Below are positions 1 through 9,951 of a DNA stretch of 51,507 nt, piece by piece. The stretch is from Gemmatimonadota bacterium (GTDB lineage Bacteria > Gemmatimonadota > Gemmatimonadetes > Longimicrobiales > Gaopeijiaceae): NCBI GenBank assembly GCA_039589315.1, contig JBDHHQ010000047.1, positions 1 to 51,507 of the forward strand, written 5' to 3'. Each line of letters begins with the position of its first letter. Positions within the stretch are counted from its first letter, which is position 1. The notes under the pieces are model-generated. The model ran no database searches and had not been told where the DNA came from. It worked only from the letters and a program-made list of their open reading frames with translations. The position numbers and the translations under genes were made by a program.

Positions 1-506
1 CCTCCAGGAGATCCACGACCGGTCGCTGTGGCAGGTGCTGGGCATCTACCTCGCCGGCTCGTGGCTCGTGCTCCAAGTCGTGGACACGCTGAACTCCACC
101 GTCGGGATGCCCGAGTGGGTGATTGTCCCGCAAGCTCCGGGAGCGCATCGGTGAGTCGCTGCGAGATATCGGTGCCAGCCCTCCTCTGGCGCGGGTCACC
201 ACGGATAACCTCGCGGCACTGCGCAAGTTCTCGCAGGGCATCCGGCTCAGCCATGCACTCGGACCGAACGACCGGTCGCGGGCGTTCTTCGAAGAGGCGG
301 TCGCCATCGATACGGGATTCGCCAGCGCCTGGCGGGCCATCGGCATCGATCTCCGTAACACCAACCAGGAGCCTGCCCGCATGGTCGATGCCCTCGCTCG
401 CGCGGTGGCGCACGAAGACCGGTTGACGGAGGCCGAGCGGTATGGGGTGCGGGGCATCTACTTCGATATCGAAGCGACCCGCGCTGGTGCGGCCCTACCC
501 TCATGA
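1..506 (+). pseudogene. Remnant of a membrane-anchored TPR protein (TolB-N/TPR type), internally deleted and frameshifted
   Basis: Frame from base 2 reads LQEIHDRSLWQVLGIYLAGSWLVLQVVDTL...MPEWV (typical N-terminal TM segment), then near 123 another frame reads SRKLRERIGESL...TTDNLAALRKFSQG...FEEAVAIDTGFASAWR (TPR-like) and stops at 506. Confidence 0.6.
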
Positions 507-545
507 TCCCCTGGTGAGGGACGTCCTCCTCCGAGGAGTCACCGC

Positions 546-2387
546 GTGACCCATCTGCACCAGCTGACAGCCACCCTGGTGATGCTGGCCCTGGTGGCCT
601 GCAACTCGCCCGAGGCCGACTCGGACCGCACGGCGTCCGACGCCTACGAGTTCGGCTCGTGCGGATCGCCTTTCGAGGGTCCCTACGGCACGTCGGACGT
701 CAAGTCCGTCTACGTGCCGATGCGGGACGGCGTGCGGATTGCCCTCGACGTGGTGTTGCCCGACGGCGTTCCCTCGGGGGAGCGCGTGCCCACCATCCTC
801 ACGATGACGCGCTATTGGCGCTCGTGGGAGGGTGACGGACCCAACGATCTGCAGCGCTTCTTCACGAGCCACGGCTACGCGGTCGTATGGGGTGACTCCC
901 GGGGCACGGGCGCCTCGTTCGGTGTTTGGCCCCATCACCGGTCCAGGGAAGAGACACTCGATTTCCGGGAGATCATGGATTGGATCGTGGCCCAGCCCTG
1001 GTCGGACGGGACCGTCGGGGGCTGGGGCAACTCCTACACGGCCAATACCAACGACTGGTTCGCGGAAGTGGGACACCCGTCGTTCAAGGCGGGAATCTCC
1101 CGCTTTCCCGACTTCGATCCCTACACGGATCTCTACTTCCCCGGCGGAGTCCCCAACGCCTACATGGGCTCGAAATGGGGACTCAGGGTCAAGGAGATGG
1201 ACCTGAACACGCCCCGCTCGAGCGAGGGTAGGATGGTGGGCGTGAAGCCGGTCGACGAGGACACGGACGGGAGCCTGCTCGCGGCAGCGGTGGAGGCGCG
1301 GAGCGACGTCCCCTCGGTCTGGGAGTCGTTCCGGGTCCTGGTCTACAAGGACGAGCCCATGCCCCTCTGGAACGGGGTCTCGATGGACTGGTGGGGCATT
1401 CACTCGCACACGCCTGCCGTCGAGCGCTCCGGCTCCGCCGTGTATTCCTGGGCGAGCTGGATCGACGCTGGAACCGCGCAGGGGGTGCTTCACCGCTTCA
1501 TGACGCTCTCGAACCCCCAGAGGGCCGTCATCGCGGCCTGGAGCCACGGGGCGCGGGAGGACGCGAGCCCCTACAATCCTCCGGACCATCCGCTCGAGCC
1601 GCCCATCGAGGCCCAACGTCTGGAGGATCTCTGCTTCTACGAGCAGTATGTGAGGGGCGACGGGGGCGCGCAGCACGAGCTCGTGTACCGCACGATGGGG
1701 GAGGACGGCTGGAAGCGGACCACCGACTGGCCGCTCGCCGAGACCGAGCACCAGGACTGGTATCTCAGGGAGGGTGGTCGTCTCTCACGGTCCGGCCCCT
1801 CGGCGGCGGGAACCGACGAGCACCGGGTGGACTTCACGCACACGACTGGCTCGCGAAACCGCTGGGCCACCAACAACGGCGCGGGAGACGTGGTCTATCC
1901 GGACCGCGCTTCGGCCGACGCGAAGCTCCTCACCTACACCTCGGAGCCGCTCGAACGGGACCTGGAGGTCACGGGACATCCTGTGGTGACGCTCCACATG
2001 CGCTCGAGCCACGAGGACGGTGCCGTCTTTGTCTACCTCGAGGACGTCACGCCGGAGGGGCGCGTGCTCTACGTCGGAGAGGGACAGCTTCGCTTGATCC
2101 ATCGCAGGGTTTCGGACGAGGAGCCGCCTTTCACCGCCGCGGGCCCGTACCACTCGTACAAACGAGCCGACGCCGAGCCGATGCCGCCGGGAGAGGTCGA
2201 GGAGGTCGCGTTCGCGCTCTTGCCGACGTCCGTCCTTTTCCGAGCAGGTCACCGGATCCGCATCGCCATCGGCGGAGGGGACGCTGATACGTTCGCGAGG
2301 ATCCCGGCCGAGGGCACGCCCGTCTACACCGTGGAGAGAGGGCCGGACCGTCCCAGTCGCATCACCCTGCCGGTGATCCCGCGGTAG
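546..2387 (+). CDS. CocE/NonD family hydrolase, probable lipoprotein
   Basis: VPMRDGVRIALDV, DSRGTGASFG, nucleophile motif GNSY, C-terminal TYTSEPL...VTGHP jelly-roll segment; lipobox-like LVAC; GAGGAG upstream of GTG. Confidence 0.92.
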   Translation: MTHLHQLTATLVMLALVACNSPEADSDRTASDAYEFGSCGSPFEGPYGTSDVKSVYVPMRDGVRIALDVVLPDGVPSGERVPTILTMTRYWRSWEGDGPNDLQRFFTSHGYAVVWGDSRGTGASFGVWPHHRSREETLDFREIMDWIVAQPWSDGTVGGWGNSYTANTNDWFAEVGHPSFKAGISRFPDFDPYTDLYFPGGVPNAYMGSKWGLRVKEMDLNTPRSSEGRMVGVKPVDEDTDGSLLAAAVEARSDVPSVWESFRVLVYKDEPMPLWNGVSMDWWGIHSHTPAVERSGSAVYSWASWIDAGTAQGVLHRFMTLSNPQRAVIAAWSHGAREDASPYNPPDHPLEPPIEAQRLEDLCFYEQYVRGDGGAQHELVYRTMGEDGWKRTTDWPLAETEHQDWYLREGGRLSRSGPSAAGTDEHRVDFTHTTGSRNRWATNNGAGDVVYPDRASADAKLLTYTSEPLERDLEVTGHPVVTLHMRSSHEDGAVFVYLEDVTPEGRVLYVGEGQLRLIHRRVSDEEPPFTAAGPYHSYKRADAEPMPPGEVEEVAFALLPTSVLFRAGHRIRIAIGGGDADTFARIPAEGTPVYTVERGPDRPSRITLPVIPR

Positions 2388-2606
2388 CGCTTCTCGGGCG
2401 CTTCCCGCCGAGCCTTCTCCACTCGGCTGATCGCCCCTTCCCCCACCCGGAGCTCGAGATGAACTCGACTACCGTGGGGTCCAGCAGCCTTCTCCTACTC
2501 GCGATCCCGATCCAGGCTCAGAAGCTGGCCTACCCCGGTCCGGTTCCCGGCGGATACCCCTCGATGGACCGCATCACCGGCTGTGGCCTGATTGCGTTAA
2601 GCATTC

Positions 2607-2653
2607 TTGACCCCGGGGCGGCTCCCGCATATGTTGATGAAAAATTTATTTCA
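2607..2653 (+). promoter_or_regulatory. Sigma70-like promoter with downstream inverted repeat
   Basis: TTGACC (2607-2612), 17 nt, TATGTT (2630-2635); TGAAA-N6-TTTCA at 2638-2653 in an AT-rich patch upstream of 2685. Confidence 0.6.
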
Positions 2654-2684
2654 AGAAGTGCCACGGCGCTGTTAAGAGGGTGAG

Positions 2685-3926
2685 ATGGGGGTGGAGAGCA
2701 GGAGCTTGGGACCGGGGGCCGCTGGCGCGGTCCTGCTGATAGCGCTGCTGGGGATCGGGGTGGCGGCAGGCCGGAACGCGCGCGACGCCACCGCCTGGGC
2801 AGGGACCGACCCGTGGGCCGTCACGGCAGGCGTGGTCTCCCCCTCCGGTCACGTCGAGGTCCGTGGCCTCCCGCCTCGCACAGTGGCACGGCTGGTCCGC
2901 GCCGCCGCGGACCGGCCGGAGCGTCCTCCGCTCCGGCTTTATTCCGACCAGGCCGCGGTCTCCGACCCGGACTTCCCCCATGCCAGGGGCAGTGTGACCG
3001 CAGCGGAGGGGGTGCTGGTCTTCGAGCCCCACTATCCGCTGGCGCCCGGTGCCACGTATCAGGTGGTCCTGGATCCGTTGGACGCGCCCTCGGTCGGACG
3101 CCCGCTGGTGTTGCGGGTCGAAGTGCCCACCCCGAGCGGCGCCGAGCCGGCCTCCGTGGTGGCGATCTTCCCCAGCGCCGCCGAGCTGCCGGCCAATCAG
3201 CTCAAGCTGTATGCGCACTTCTCCCGGCCCATGAGGCGCTGGGACCCCTACGCGTTCATCCGTCTGGTCGACGAGGACACCGGTGAAGTCGTGGCCGACG
3301 CATTCCACGCAATGCGGGGAGGCCTGTGGGATGCATCGGGCACCCGGCTCACCGTGGTTTTCGATCCGGGGCGCGTCAAGCGCGGCCTCGCCAACAACCT
3401 CGCCCTGGGCCCGCCACTGACGGCGGGTGGGCGCTACCGGCTCGTCGTCGACGCCGACTGGCTCGACGCGTCCGGGCAGCCGATGGAGGCATCGTTCGAA
3501 AAGCGCTTCCGGGTGACCCATGCAGATCGTGCGGCCCCGGATCCACTCTCGTGGCGCATCGAGGCGCCGCGTCCCGGAACATCGACACCGCTGATCGTGC
3601 GATTCCCGGAGCCCATGGATCACGCGCTGGTGGAGACCTCCTTCACCGTCTACGACCCCACAGGACGGTCGATGATCGGCCGAGGCGAGGCCATCGCCGA
3701 GGAACGGGCCTGGCAGTTCAGACCTGCCGAGCCCTGGTCGGAAGGCGCGTACGAATTGAGGGTGGACCCCGAGATCGAGGACCTGGCCGGGAACAACGTG
3801 CGCCGTCTCTTCGACGTCGACCTGGATCAGGCAGAGCCGGCCACGCTGGAGCCGGGTGTAGCGGAGCAAGACGGAATCCGAATCCCCTTCGCGGTCGAGG
3901 GCCCACGGGCCCCGGCCGCGTCCTGA
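2685..3926 (+). CDS. Hypothetical membrane-anchored/secreted protein with Ig-like (Big_5-like) domains
   Basis: N-terminal hydrophobic segment; beta-rich blocks LKLYAHFSRPM, LTVVFDPGRVKRGL, LIVRFPEPMD, IEDLAGN; host-like codon usage. Confidence 0.75.
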   Translation: MGVESRSLGPGAAGAVLLIALLGIGVAAGRNARDATAWAGTDPWAVTAGVVSPSGHVEVRGLPPRTVARLVRAAADRPERPPLRLYSDQAAVSDPDFPHARGSVTAAEGVLVFEPHYPLAPGATYQVVLDPLDAPSVGRPLVLRVEVPTPSGAEPASVVAIFPSAAELPANQLKLYAHFSRPMRRWDPYAFIRLVDEDTGEVVADAFHAMRGGLWDASGTRLTVVFDPGRVKRGLANNLALGPPLTAGGRYRLVVDADWLDASGQPMEASFEKRFRVTHADRAAPDPLSWRIEAPRPGTSTPLIVRFPEPMDHALVETSFTVYDPTGRSMIGRGEAIAEERAWQFRPAEPWSEGAYELRVDPEIEDLAGNNVRRLFDVDLDQAEPATLEPGVAEQDGIRIPFAVEGPRAPAAS

Positions 3927-3978
3927 TCGACTCGTTCCCACGAGCCGATGGCGCAGACCCGAGAGATGGGAGGATGAG

Positions 3979-5118
3979 ATGAAGAGGCTCGGTATGGTGG
4001 TGGCGGCCCTTGCCGCCACGATCCTCACGGGCGGATGGGTCCTGGCCCTGGACGCCGGCCCTCCGGGAATGGTGCGCGGCGTGGTGGAGCTGACTTCCAT
4101 CGGCGCCCTGACGTTCAGCCCGGGCGGCACCCTGTTCATGGGCGATTCGTACGGCGGGGCCGTGTACGCGGTGGAGCTCGAGGAGGAGCGGTCCGCTGCG
4201 CCCGTGGCCGGAGTGTCGGAGCTGAATGAGCGCGTTGCGAGCCTCCTGGGCACCAGTCGGGAACAGATCCGGGTCCACGACCTTGCGGTGAGCCCGGTTT
4301 CGCGGGCCGTCTACCTTTCGGTATCCAGGGGCGATCCCACCGACGATCTGCGCCTTCGGACGCGTCCGGTGGCGGGCGCTACGCCGCACCTGATTCGGCT
4401 ATCCTCGGATGGTGAGCTGGAAGAGGTGGATCTGAATGACGTGCATCATGCCCGGGCCGAGCTGCATGACGTTCGACCCGCGGAGACGGATCGGCGCGGC
4501 TGGGACCGGCGCGCCTGGAACGTCCTGGATATGTCGTTCGTCGACGACGTGCTCTACGTCTCCGGCATCTCCAACGAAGAGTGGAGCTCGAAGCTGCGCA
4601 GGCTTCCCTATCCGTTCGTCGGTGAGGCCCGGTCGAACGCGCTCCGGATCTTCCACACCGCACACGGACGGTACGAGACCTACGCGCCGGCCCGGGTGTT
4701 CGTCCCCTACGAGCACGACGGCGAGATCCGGGTGTTCGCGGGGTTCTCGTGCACGCCCCTGGTAGACTTCTCCATCGAGGAGATGAACGAGAGCGAGCGG
4801 GTGGAGGGGCGTACCATCGCCGAGCTCGGACCCGGGAACCACGTGCTGGACATGATCCAGGTCCGCCACGACGGCGACACCCACTTCCTGCTGGCCAACC
4901 ACCTGCACCCGTTCATGCGCCTGGCCCTCTCGGACTTCGACGGCGCACAGGCCCTGACCCAGCCCACGACCCGGGCGGGCATCGAGCGGTCCGCCTTTGA
5001 GCCCGACGGAATCATCCGCCTGGCCAACGACCGCGACGAGCAGGTCGTGATGCTTCAGGAGCGGGGCGAGGACAGGCTGGATCTTCGCGTGGTGGAGGTC
5101 GCGGATCTGCTGGACTGA
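3979..5118 (+). CDS. Secreted hypothetical protein, probably beta-propeller-like
   Basis: GGAGG SD; signal peptide MKRLGMVVAALAA; blocks SIGALTFSPGGTLFMGDS, IFHTAHGRYETYAP, AGFSCTPLV. Confidence 0.8.
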   Translation: MKRLGMVVAALAATILTGGWVLALDAGPPGMVRGVVELTSIGALTFSPGGTLFMGDSYGGAVYAVELEEERSAAPVAGVSELNERVASLLGTSREQIRVHDLAVSPVSRAVYLSVSRGDPTDDLRLRTRPVAGATPHLIRLSSDGELEEVDLNDVHHARAELHDVRPAETDRRGWDRRAWNVLDMSFVDDVLYVSGISNEEWSSKLRRLPYPFVGEARSNALRIFHTAHGRYETYAPARVFVPYEHDGEIRVFAGFSCTPLVDFSIEEMNESERVEGRTIAELGPGNHVLDMIQVRHDGDTHFLLANHLHPFMRLALSDFDGAQALTQPTTRAGIERSAFEPDGIIRLANDRDEQVVMLQERGEDRLDLRVVEVADLLD

Positions 5119-5222
5119 GCACGGGTGCGTGGAAGGTCGCGCTCCGACATTCGTGAAGCCCGGGGGTGGCGGCGGAAGACCCGCCCCACCCCCGTCGCGT
5201 TTCGTGGGTGGGCGGTACGGGC

Positions 5223-5366
5223 ATGAAGCCGGTCGACCGGTCATCCGCAGTCACGGCGGTCGTGCTTGGAGTGCTGATTGTCGGGATGACGGCGTGCATG
5301 GTGCCGACGCACCGGGGCCTCGGGATTCGGCCGGTGGAGGCGCTGAAGGGAGGGGTAGCGGGGTAG
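5223..5366 (+). pseudogene. C-terminal remnant of an ADOP-type permease
   Basis: VLGVLIVGMTACMVPTHRGLGIRPVEALKG resembles the A..PARRA.RVDP..AL C-terminus of the intact permeases in this window. Confidence 0.6.
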
Positions 5367-5857
5367 GAGGTTTCAAGAGCTTCCCATTTCGATTGGGCGC
5401 TCGTCTACACGAACGCTGGCCCCCGCGATCCTTTTCTCGCCGTCTGAAGGGCGATGCTCAATTCCAGCACATGATGAAGGAGGTGCGGGGCAACGTATGG
5501 CGGGGCCGGCCCAGTCGAGGCTCCCTCAACCCGGCCACAGGACCCCTTCCCGCGAGGCGTGGTCAGCCTCCCCAACTGCCCCGTTTCGGGGTATCGCTGG
5601 AGGAGTTCCTGTGCTCCGGCGGATTCCCGGGCGCGGCTCCGTTGACGAGTGACGTGGATCGCTGGGCGGCCCATATCGTGACTCTCTGATCGAAACAACG
5701 ATTCTGCGGGACGTGCTATTTCTCACTAGCATCGATCGCTTGACGCATGCCGAAGTGGGGCAACCCCTGACGCCGATTTCATCCCGTTCCCCACGCCGCA
5801 GAGGGGCGGGGGGGACTACCTTCAAACTGGAGAGAGTAGCATGGCGGCGGCGGGCTG

Positions 5858-7123
5858 ATGAGCGAACACGTCAGCGAGGTTCTTGCGAGCAGTAGGGCCG
5901 TCAGGCAGATGAAGACATGCAAGATCTGCGATGCCGGGCTGAACACCTGCATCATCGACTACGGCTGCACTCCGCTTGCGAACAACTTCCTTCGCAAGGA
6001 GCAACTGTCACAGCTGGAACCGGTTCATCCTCTCAACCTGTATCTCTGCACAGCTTGTGGTCAGGTGCAGTTGGGTGACGTAGTTCCCGCATCGCAATTG
6101 TTTGATAGCTATCTTTATCTGTCCTCCACGCAACAGTTTCTCCCCGCTCATTTCAAAGACCTGGCGGAACAGATCAAGACCGAGCTCGCCGAGCCGTCAT
6201 TCATTGTCGAAGTGGGAAGCAATGACGGCGTCTTCTTGAAGAATCTTGTCGGAACCGATCACAAGATTCTCGGTGTTGAGCCTGCAGCAAATGTAGCCGC
6301 AATTGCAAGGACAATTGGCGTGCCGTCCGTCGTCGCGTATTTCGACAGTCATACAGCTGCGACAATCAAAGCCGAACACGGAGCAGCTGATGTCATTGTA
6401 GGCGCCAATGTCATTGCCCACGTTTCTGACATCAGGGATTTCGTGAAGGGCGTGAATATGCTGCTCTCGCCAGACGGCACAGCAGTCTTTGAGAGTCCTT
6501 ACCTCGTCGATCTCCTTGAGGGCACATTGTTCGATACGGTGTATCACGAGCACGTTCTGTATTTGAGCTTGAAGCCATTGATGACGCTGTTTGCACGTAG
6601 CGACATGGCAATCATCGACGCAGAACGCACTAAGATGCACGGTGGAGCGATCCGATTCTCTGTGATGCATGAAGGAGTGCAAGTGCCTTCTGAGGGCGTA
6701 AGAGAACTACTCGATCTCGAGGCGTCGTTGAAACTGGGGAAGGAAGACGGCTGGCGTGACTTCTCGACCAAGGTGCGTCGAATCAAGAATGATCTGCTCT
6801 CCCTGATCAGGAAGATCGAAACGGAGGACGGCACTATCGCCGGATATGGAGCAACGGCGAAGGGAAACACGCTCTGCAATTACTTCGACATTGGGCCTGA
6901 AGAGATCGTTTGCATCGGTGACATGAATCCGTTGAAGCAGAACCGGTACACGCCTGGGAAGCATATTCCTGTCGTCTCGCCAGAGGCCATGGCGGAGATG
7001 AAACCGGACTACGTCCTCATTCTGGCATGGAACATCGCCGATGAGATCATGGAGCAATTGCACGACTTCAAGGAAGAAGGAGGGCGTTTCATTATCCCGC
7101 TGCCCAAGCTGAGAGTCGTCTGA
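5858..7123 (+). CDS. NDP-sugar C-methyltransferase-like class I SAM methyltransferase (start may be ATG 5909)
   Basis: Zn-site CKIC...CTAC, PLANNF, VEVGSNDG, YHEH, HGG, GYGATAKGNT, LILAWN, GGRFIIPLP. Confidence 0.92.
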   Translation: MSEHVSEVLASSRAVRQMKTCKICDAGLNTCIIDYGCTPLANNFLRKEQLSQLEPVHPLNLYLCTACGQVQLGDVVPASQLFDSYLYLSSTQQFLPAHFKDLAEQIKTELAEPSFIVEVGSNDGVFLKNLVGTDHKILGVEPAANVAAIARTIGVPSVVAYFDSHTAATIKAEHGAADVIVGANVIAHVSDIRDFVKGVNMLLSPDGTAVFESPYLVDLLEGTLFDTVYHEHVLYLSLKPLMTLFARSDMAIIDAERTKMHGGAIRFSVMHEGVQVPSEGVRELLDLEASLKLGKEDGWRDFSTKVRRIKNDLLSLIRKIETEDGTIAGYGATAKGNTLCNYFDIGPEEIVCIGDMNPLKQNRYTPGKHIPVVSPEAMAEMKPDYVLILAWNIADEIMEQLHDFKEEGGRFIIPLPKLRVV

Positions 7124-7131
7124 TTCGACGG

Positions 7132-7250
7132 TCACTCTCCCAGCAAGCACCGCACCGGATCCACCTGCGTAGTTCGCCGAGCCGGCAACCGGCTCGCCGC
7201 GACGGTTCACGCGTGCTCAGGGGGCAGCGGCCACTGACACGGAGAAGGTG
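7132..7250 (-). pseudogene. C-terminal remnant of an ADOP-type permease
   Basis: Minus strand reads AASRLPARRTTQVDPVRCLLGE-stop (TGA 7132-7134); the frame is broken upstream. Confidence 0.65.
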
Positions 7251-7294
7251 AGTACGCCCCTCAGCCTTGCCAGCGCTTCCCGTGTTCTCGCCTC

Positions 7295-8250
7295 GGCCTT
7301 CCAGCCTCTTCAGCGCCTCGTTGGCCTCCACGATCTCCGGGAGGTCCTGATCGCCCTCCTGGGTGATGGTCAGGAGGCTGCGGTAGTAGGGGCGGGCCTG
7401 ATCCGAGTCACCCCGGTCGTCGTGGATGCGGGCCAACTCGAGCAAAGCCTGGGAGCGGCCGTAGTTGGAGAGGTGTTCGGAGTGGTGGTGAATGGTTTCC
7501 GCCACGTTCTCCTTCGCCAGCTCCACCGCGGCGAGGGCCGTGCGTGCCAATGGCTTCTGGTTCCCGGTCCCGGCGGCCACGGGGCTTAGGAGGCGACGCG
7601 CGTCGGCCACCCTCGCCTCCTCGGCAGCAATGGTGCCCTCGACCGCGTCACCGAAGCTCGTCTGGATCTCGGCGGTGGGTCCCTCTGCCTCCGCCGCCCA
7701 CCTCCGGATCTTGCCCAGCGTCTCCCGGGCACCGCCAACCTCTCCGCTGCGGGCCAGCCCCCAGCCGACGAAGAGCAGGCACTGTGTGCTCAGGGCCGGC
7801 CGTTCACAGGCGCTGGGCCGCGCATGCGGTGTCAGGCCCGCCACCCCGGCTGTCGACCACTTCCCGAGCATCCAGCCGGCTCCCAGGCCTCTGATGGAGA
7901 CCTGAAGGTCCAGCGAGTCGGCAACGCGCGCGGCCCGATCCAGAGCGCCCTGGGCATCGAGGCTGTAGAAGATCCACTGCTGGTCCGCGCCGGCCCGGTC
8001 GCGATTGGCCCAGAGAGGGTCGAGGAGGCGGTCGTATCGGTCCTGGCGGTTCGTGAGGGAGATCCGGATTCGATCGAGGACACCGATGTCCACGTCACGT
8101 GACGCCGCCACCGCCTCTGCGGCCTCTTCGTCACTCCCGAGCAGGAGGGGAAGGGCCAGGGAGAACTCCGCGACGTTGCGTACGTCCTCCGTGGAGGTCC
8201 GGTTCTGCTCCAGATCGGTTTCTGCGGCGGCGCATCCCCGCTGGCGATGG
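7295..8250 (-). pseudogene. C-terminal TPR region of a truncated membrane/kinase-associated TPR protein
   Basis: Part of ORF 7092..9263: helical repeats ending ALLELARIHDDRGDSDQARPYYRSLL...DQDLPEIVEANEALKRLEG; no credible start and no stop at the expected end. Boundaries approximate. Confidence 0.55.
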
Positions 8251-8429
8251 TGAGCTCCGGGGCGTGCACTCGATAGGGGTCTGCCATTCTCGAGCGCCAG
8301 AGGCGACGACTCGACGGACTGCCGATCTCGGTCTGGCGAGCTCGCCCCTGAGGCCGTGTGCTCCCACTCCGGGTGCAATCGAGCGGCCCGTCCGTGCCGC
8401 CCGCTCCCGCCACCACTACCTTCCCGGGC

Positions 8430-9842
8430 ATGGCGCCTGCTCCTGTCTACTACTACCGAAGCGGCCTCGCGGTGCTCAGGCACGTCCGGGAGGCACCCGA
8501 GTGGATGGCCTACGATCCCCGGGTCGACGGTTGGGTGGCTCCGGGCCATCGCCTTCCCGAGCTCCGGGATTGGGCCCGGGGAACCGATGCGGTCGAGACC
8601 GGCCCGGGGCCCGAGGCCCTGGACGCGCCCCTCTTCGATCCCCGGAGTCCCCGGGACTACCAGGCCGAGGCGCTCGACCGTTGGTTCGGCGCCGGAGGCC
8701 GGGGCTCGGTCGTGCTCCCCACCGGGGCGGGGAAGAGCTTCGTGGCAGTGCTGGCCATCGACCGGGTGGGTGCGGGTGCGTGCGTGGTGGCGCCGACCCG
8801 GGCTCTCCTGGGACAGTGGTTCGGCCAGTTGGCCGACGCGTTCGGCGCCGAGCGGGTAGGCGCGTTCTACGGAGACGAGAAGTCGCCCCGGCCCATCACC
8901 GTCACCACGTATCACTCCGCGTTCGCCCTGCTCGAGCGTTACGGAGAGCGCTTCGACCTGCTGGTCCTGGACGAGGTCCATCACCTGGCCGACGACGCCG
9001 AGGGCGGAGCGCGGAGCTGGCACGACGCCCTGGCCATCGCGCCCGCGACCCGGCGGCTGGGACTCACGGCCACCTACCCGGACGGTCGCGACGCGGAGCT
9101 CGAGCGCCTGGTTGGCCCCGTGGTCTACCGCCGTCGCGTCGGCGAGATGATCGATGCCACACTGGCCGACTTCGCCGTGGAGCGCCGCTTCGTGCCCTTG
9201 ACCCCCGACGAGCGCGGGCGCTACGACCGGGCCACCGAGCTGTATGAGGGGTTCCAGGCCCACCGCGCCTACAAGGAGCGGTACCCCGAACCGGGCGACG
9301 CCTGGCGCGTGTTCATGGCCGAGACGCGGACCTCGCCGCCGGCGCGCCGGGCGTTTCGGGCCTTCCTGGAGCGCGAGCGCATCGTGGCCATGTCCCGGTG
9401 GAAGATCGCCGAGGCGGGACGGCTCCTCCGCCTATTCCCGGCAGAGTCAACCATCCTCTTCGCCGGAAGCTCCGAGGCGGCCGAGACGCTGTCCCGGAGG
9501 TTCGCGGTGCCGCTGGTACGTGCCGGTACCCCGGCCTCCGAGCGCCGGAACATCCTGAAGTGGGTTGAAGAGGGCCACGTCCGCGCCGTGTCCACGGTGC
9601 GGGTGCTCGACGAGGGCTGGGACGTGCCGGGGGCCAAGCTCGGCATCGTCCTTGGAGACACGACGCGGGGCGGCCGCCGGCAGCATGCCCAGCGGCTGGG
9701 CCGGCTGCTCCGGAAGCAGGGCGACCAGATCGCTTCGCTGTTCGAGATCGTGGTCAGCGACACCCATGAGTTCTTCGCCTCGCAGAAGCGGAGGGCGGGT
9801 CTGCGGCAGTCCCGGGACCGACAGCTGGGGCTCGGGATTTAG
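8430..9842 (+). CDS. XPB/Rad25-like DEAD/DEAH-box SF2 helicase
   Basis: PRDYQ, Walker A LPTGAGKS, VVAPT, DEVH, GLTAT, VLDEGWDVP, QRLGRLLR. Confidence 0.92.
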   Translation: MAPAPVYYYRSGLAVLRHVREAPEWMAYDPRVDGWVAPGHRLPELRDWARGTDAVETGPGPEALDAPLFDPRSPRDYQAEALDRWFGAGGRGSVVLPTGAGKSFVAVLAIDRVGAGACVVAPTRALLGQWFGQLADAFGAERVGAFYGDEKSPRPITVTTYHSAFALLERYGERFDLLVLDEVHHLADDAEGGARSWHDALAIAPATRRLGLTATYPDGRDAELERLVGPVVYRRRVGEMIDATLADFAVERRFVPLTPDERGRYDRATELYEGFQAHRAYKERYPEPGDAWRVFMAETRTSPPARRAFRAFLERERIVAMSRWKIAEAGRLLRLFPAESTILFAGSSEAAETLSRRFAVPLVRAGTPASERRNILKWVEEGHVRAVSTVRVLDEGWDVPGAKLGIVLGDTTRGGRRQHAQRLGRLLRKQGDQIASLFEIVVSDTHEFFASQKRRAGLRQSRDRQLGLGI

Positions 9843-9951
9843 CCGTGGTGGTCTGCGGTCCTCGGGGAGCACGAGGGCGACCAGCCGACCCGATTCCTCT
9901 TCGAGGCTCGGTCAGCGGCCTACGCCGCCCCCTTCGGTCCGGCCGCTAGCC

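Noticed and set aside
5162..5193. GC-rich hairpin after 5118 as an intrinsic terminator
   Set aside because: Imperfect stem and no adjacent U-tract, so not supported as a feature.
1..8250. TPR fragments at 1-506 and 7295-8250 as two halves of one inverted gene
   Set aside because: No overlap, junction repeat or other evidence links them beyond the broad family.
7092..9263. 723-aa minus-strand ORF as one gene
   Set aside because: The first part is antisense to the helicase; only the TPR-like part looks protein-like.
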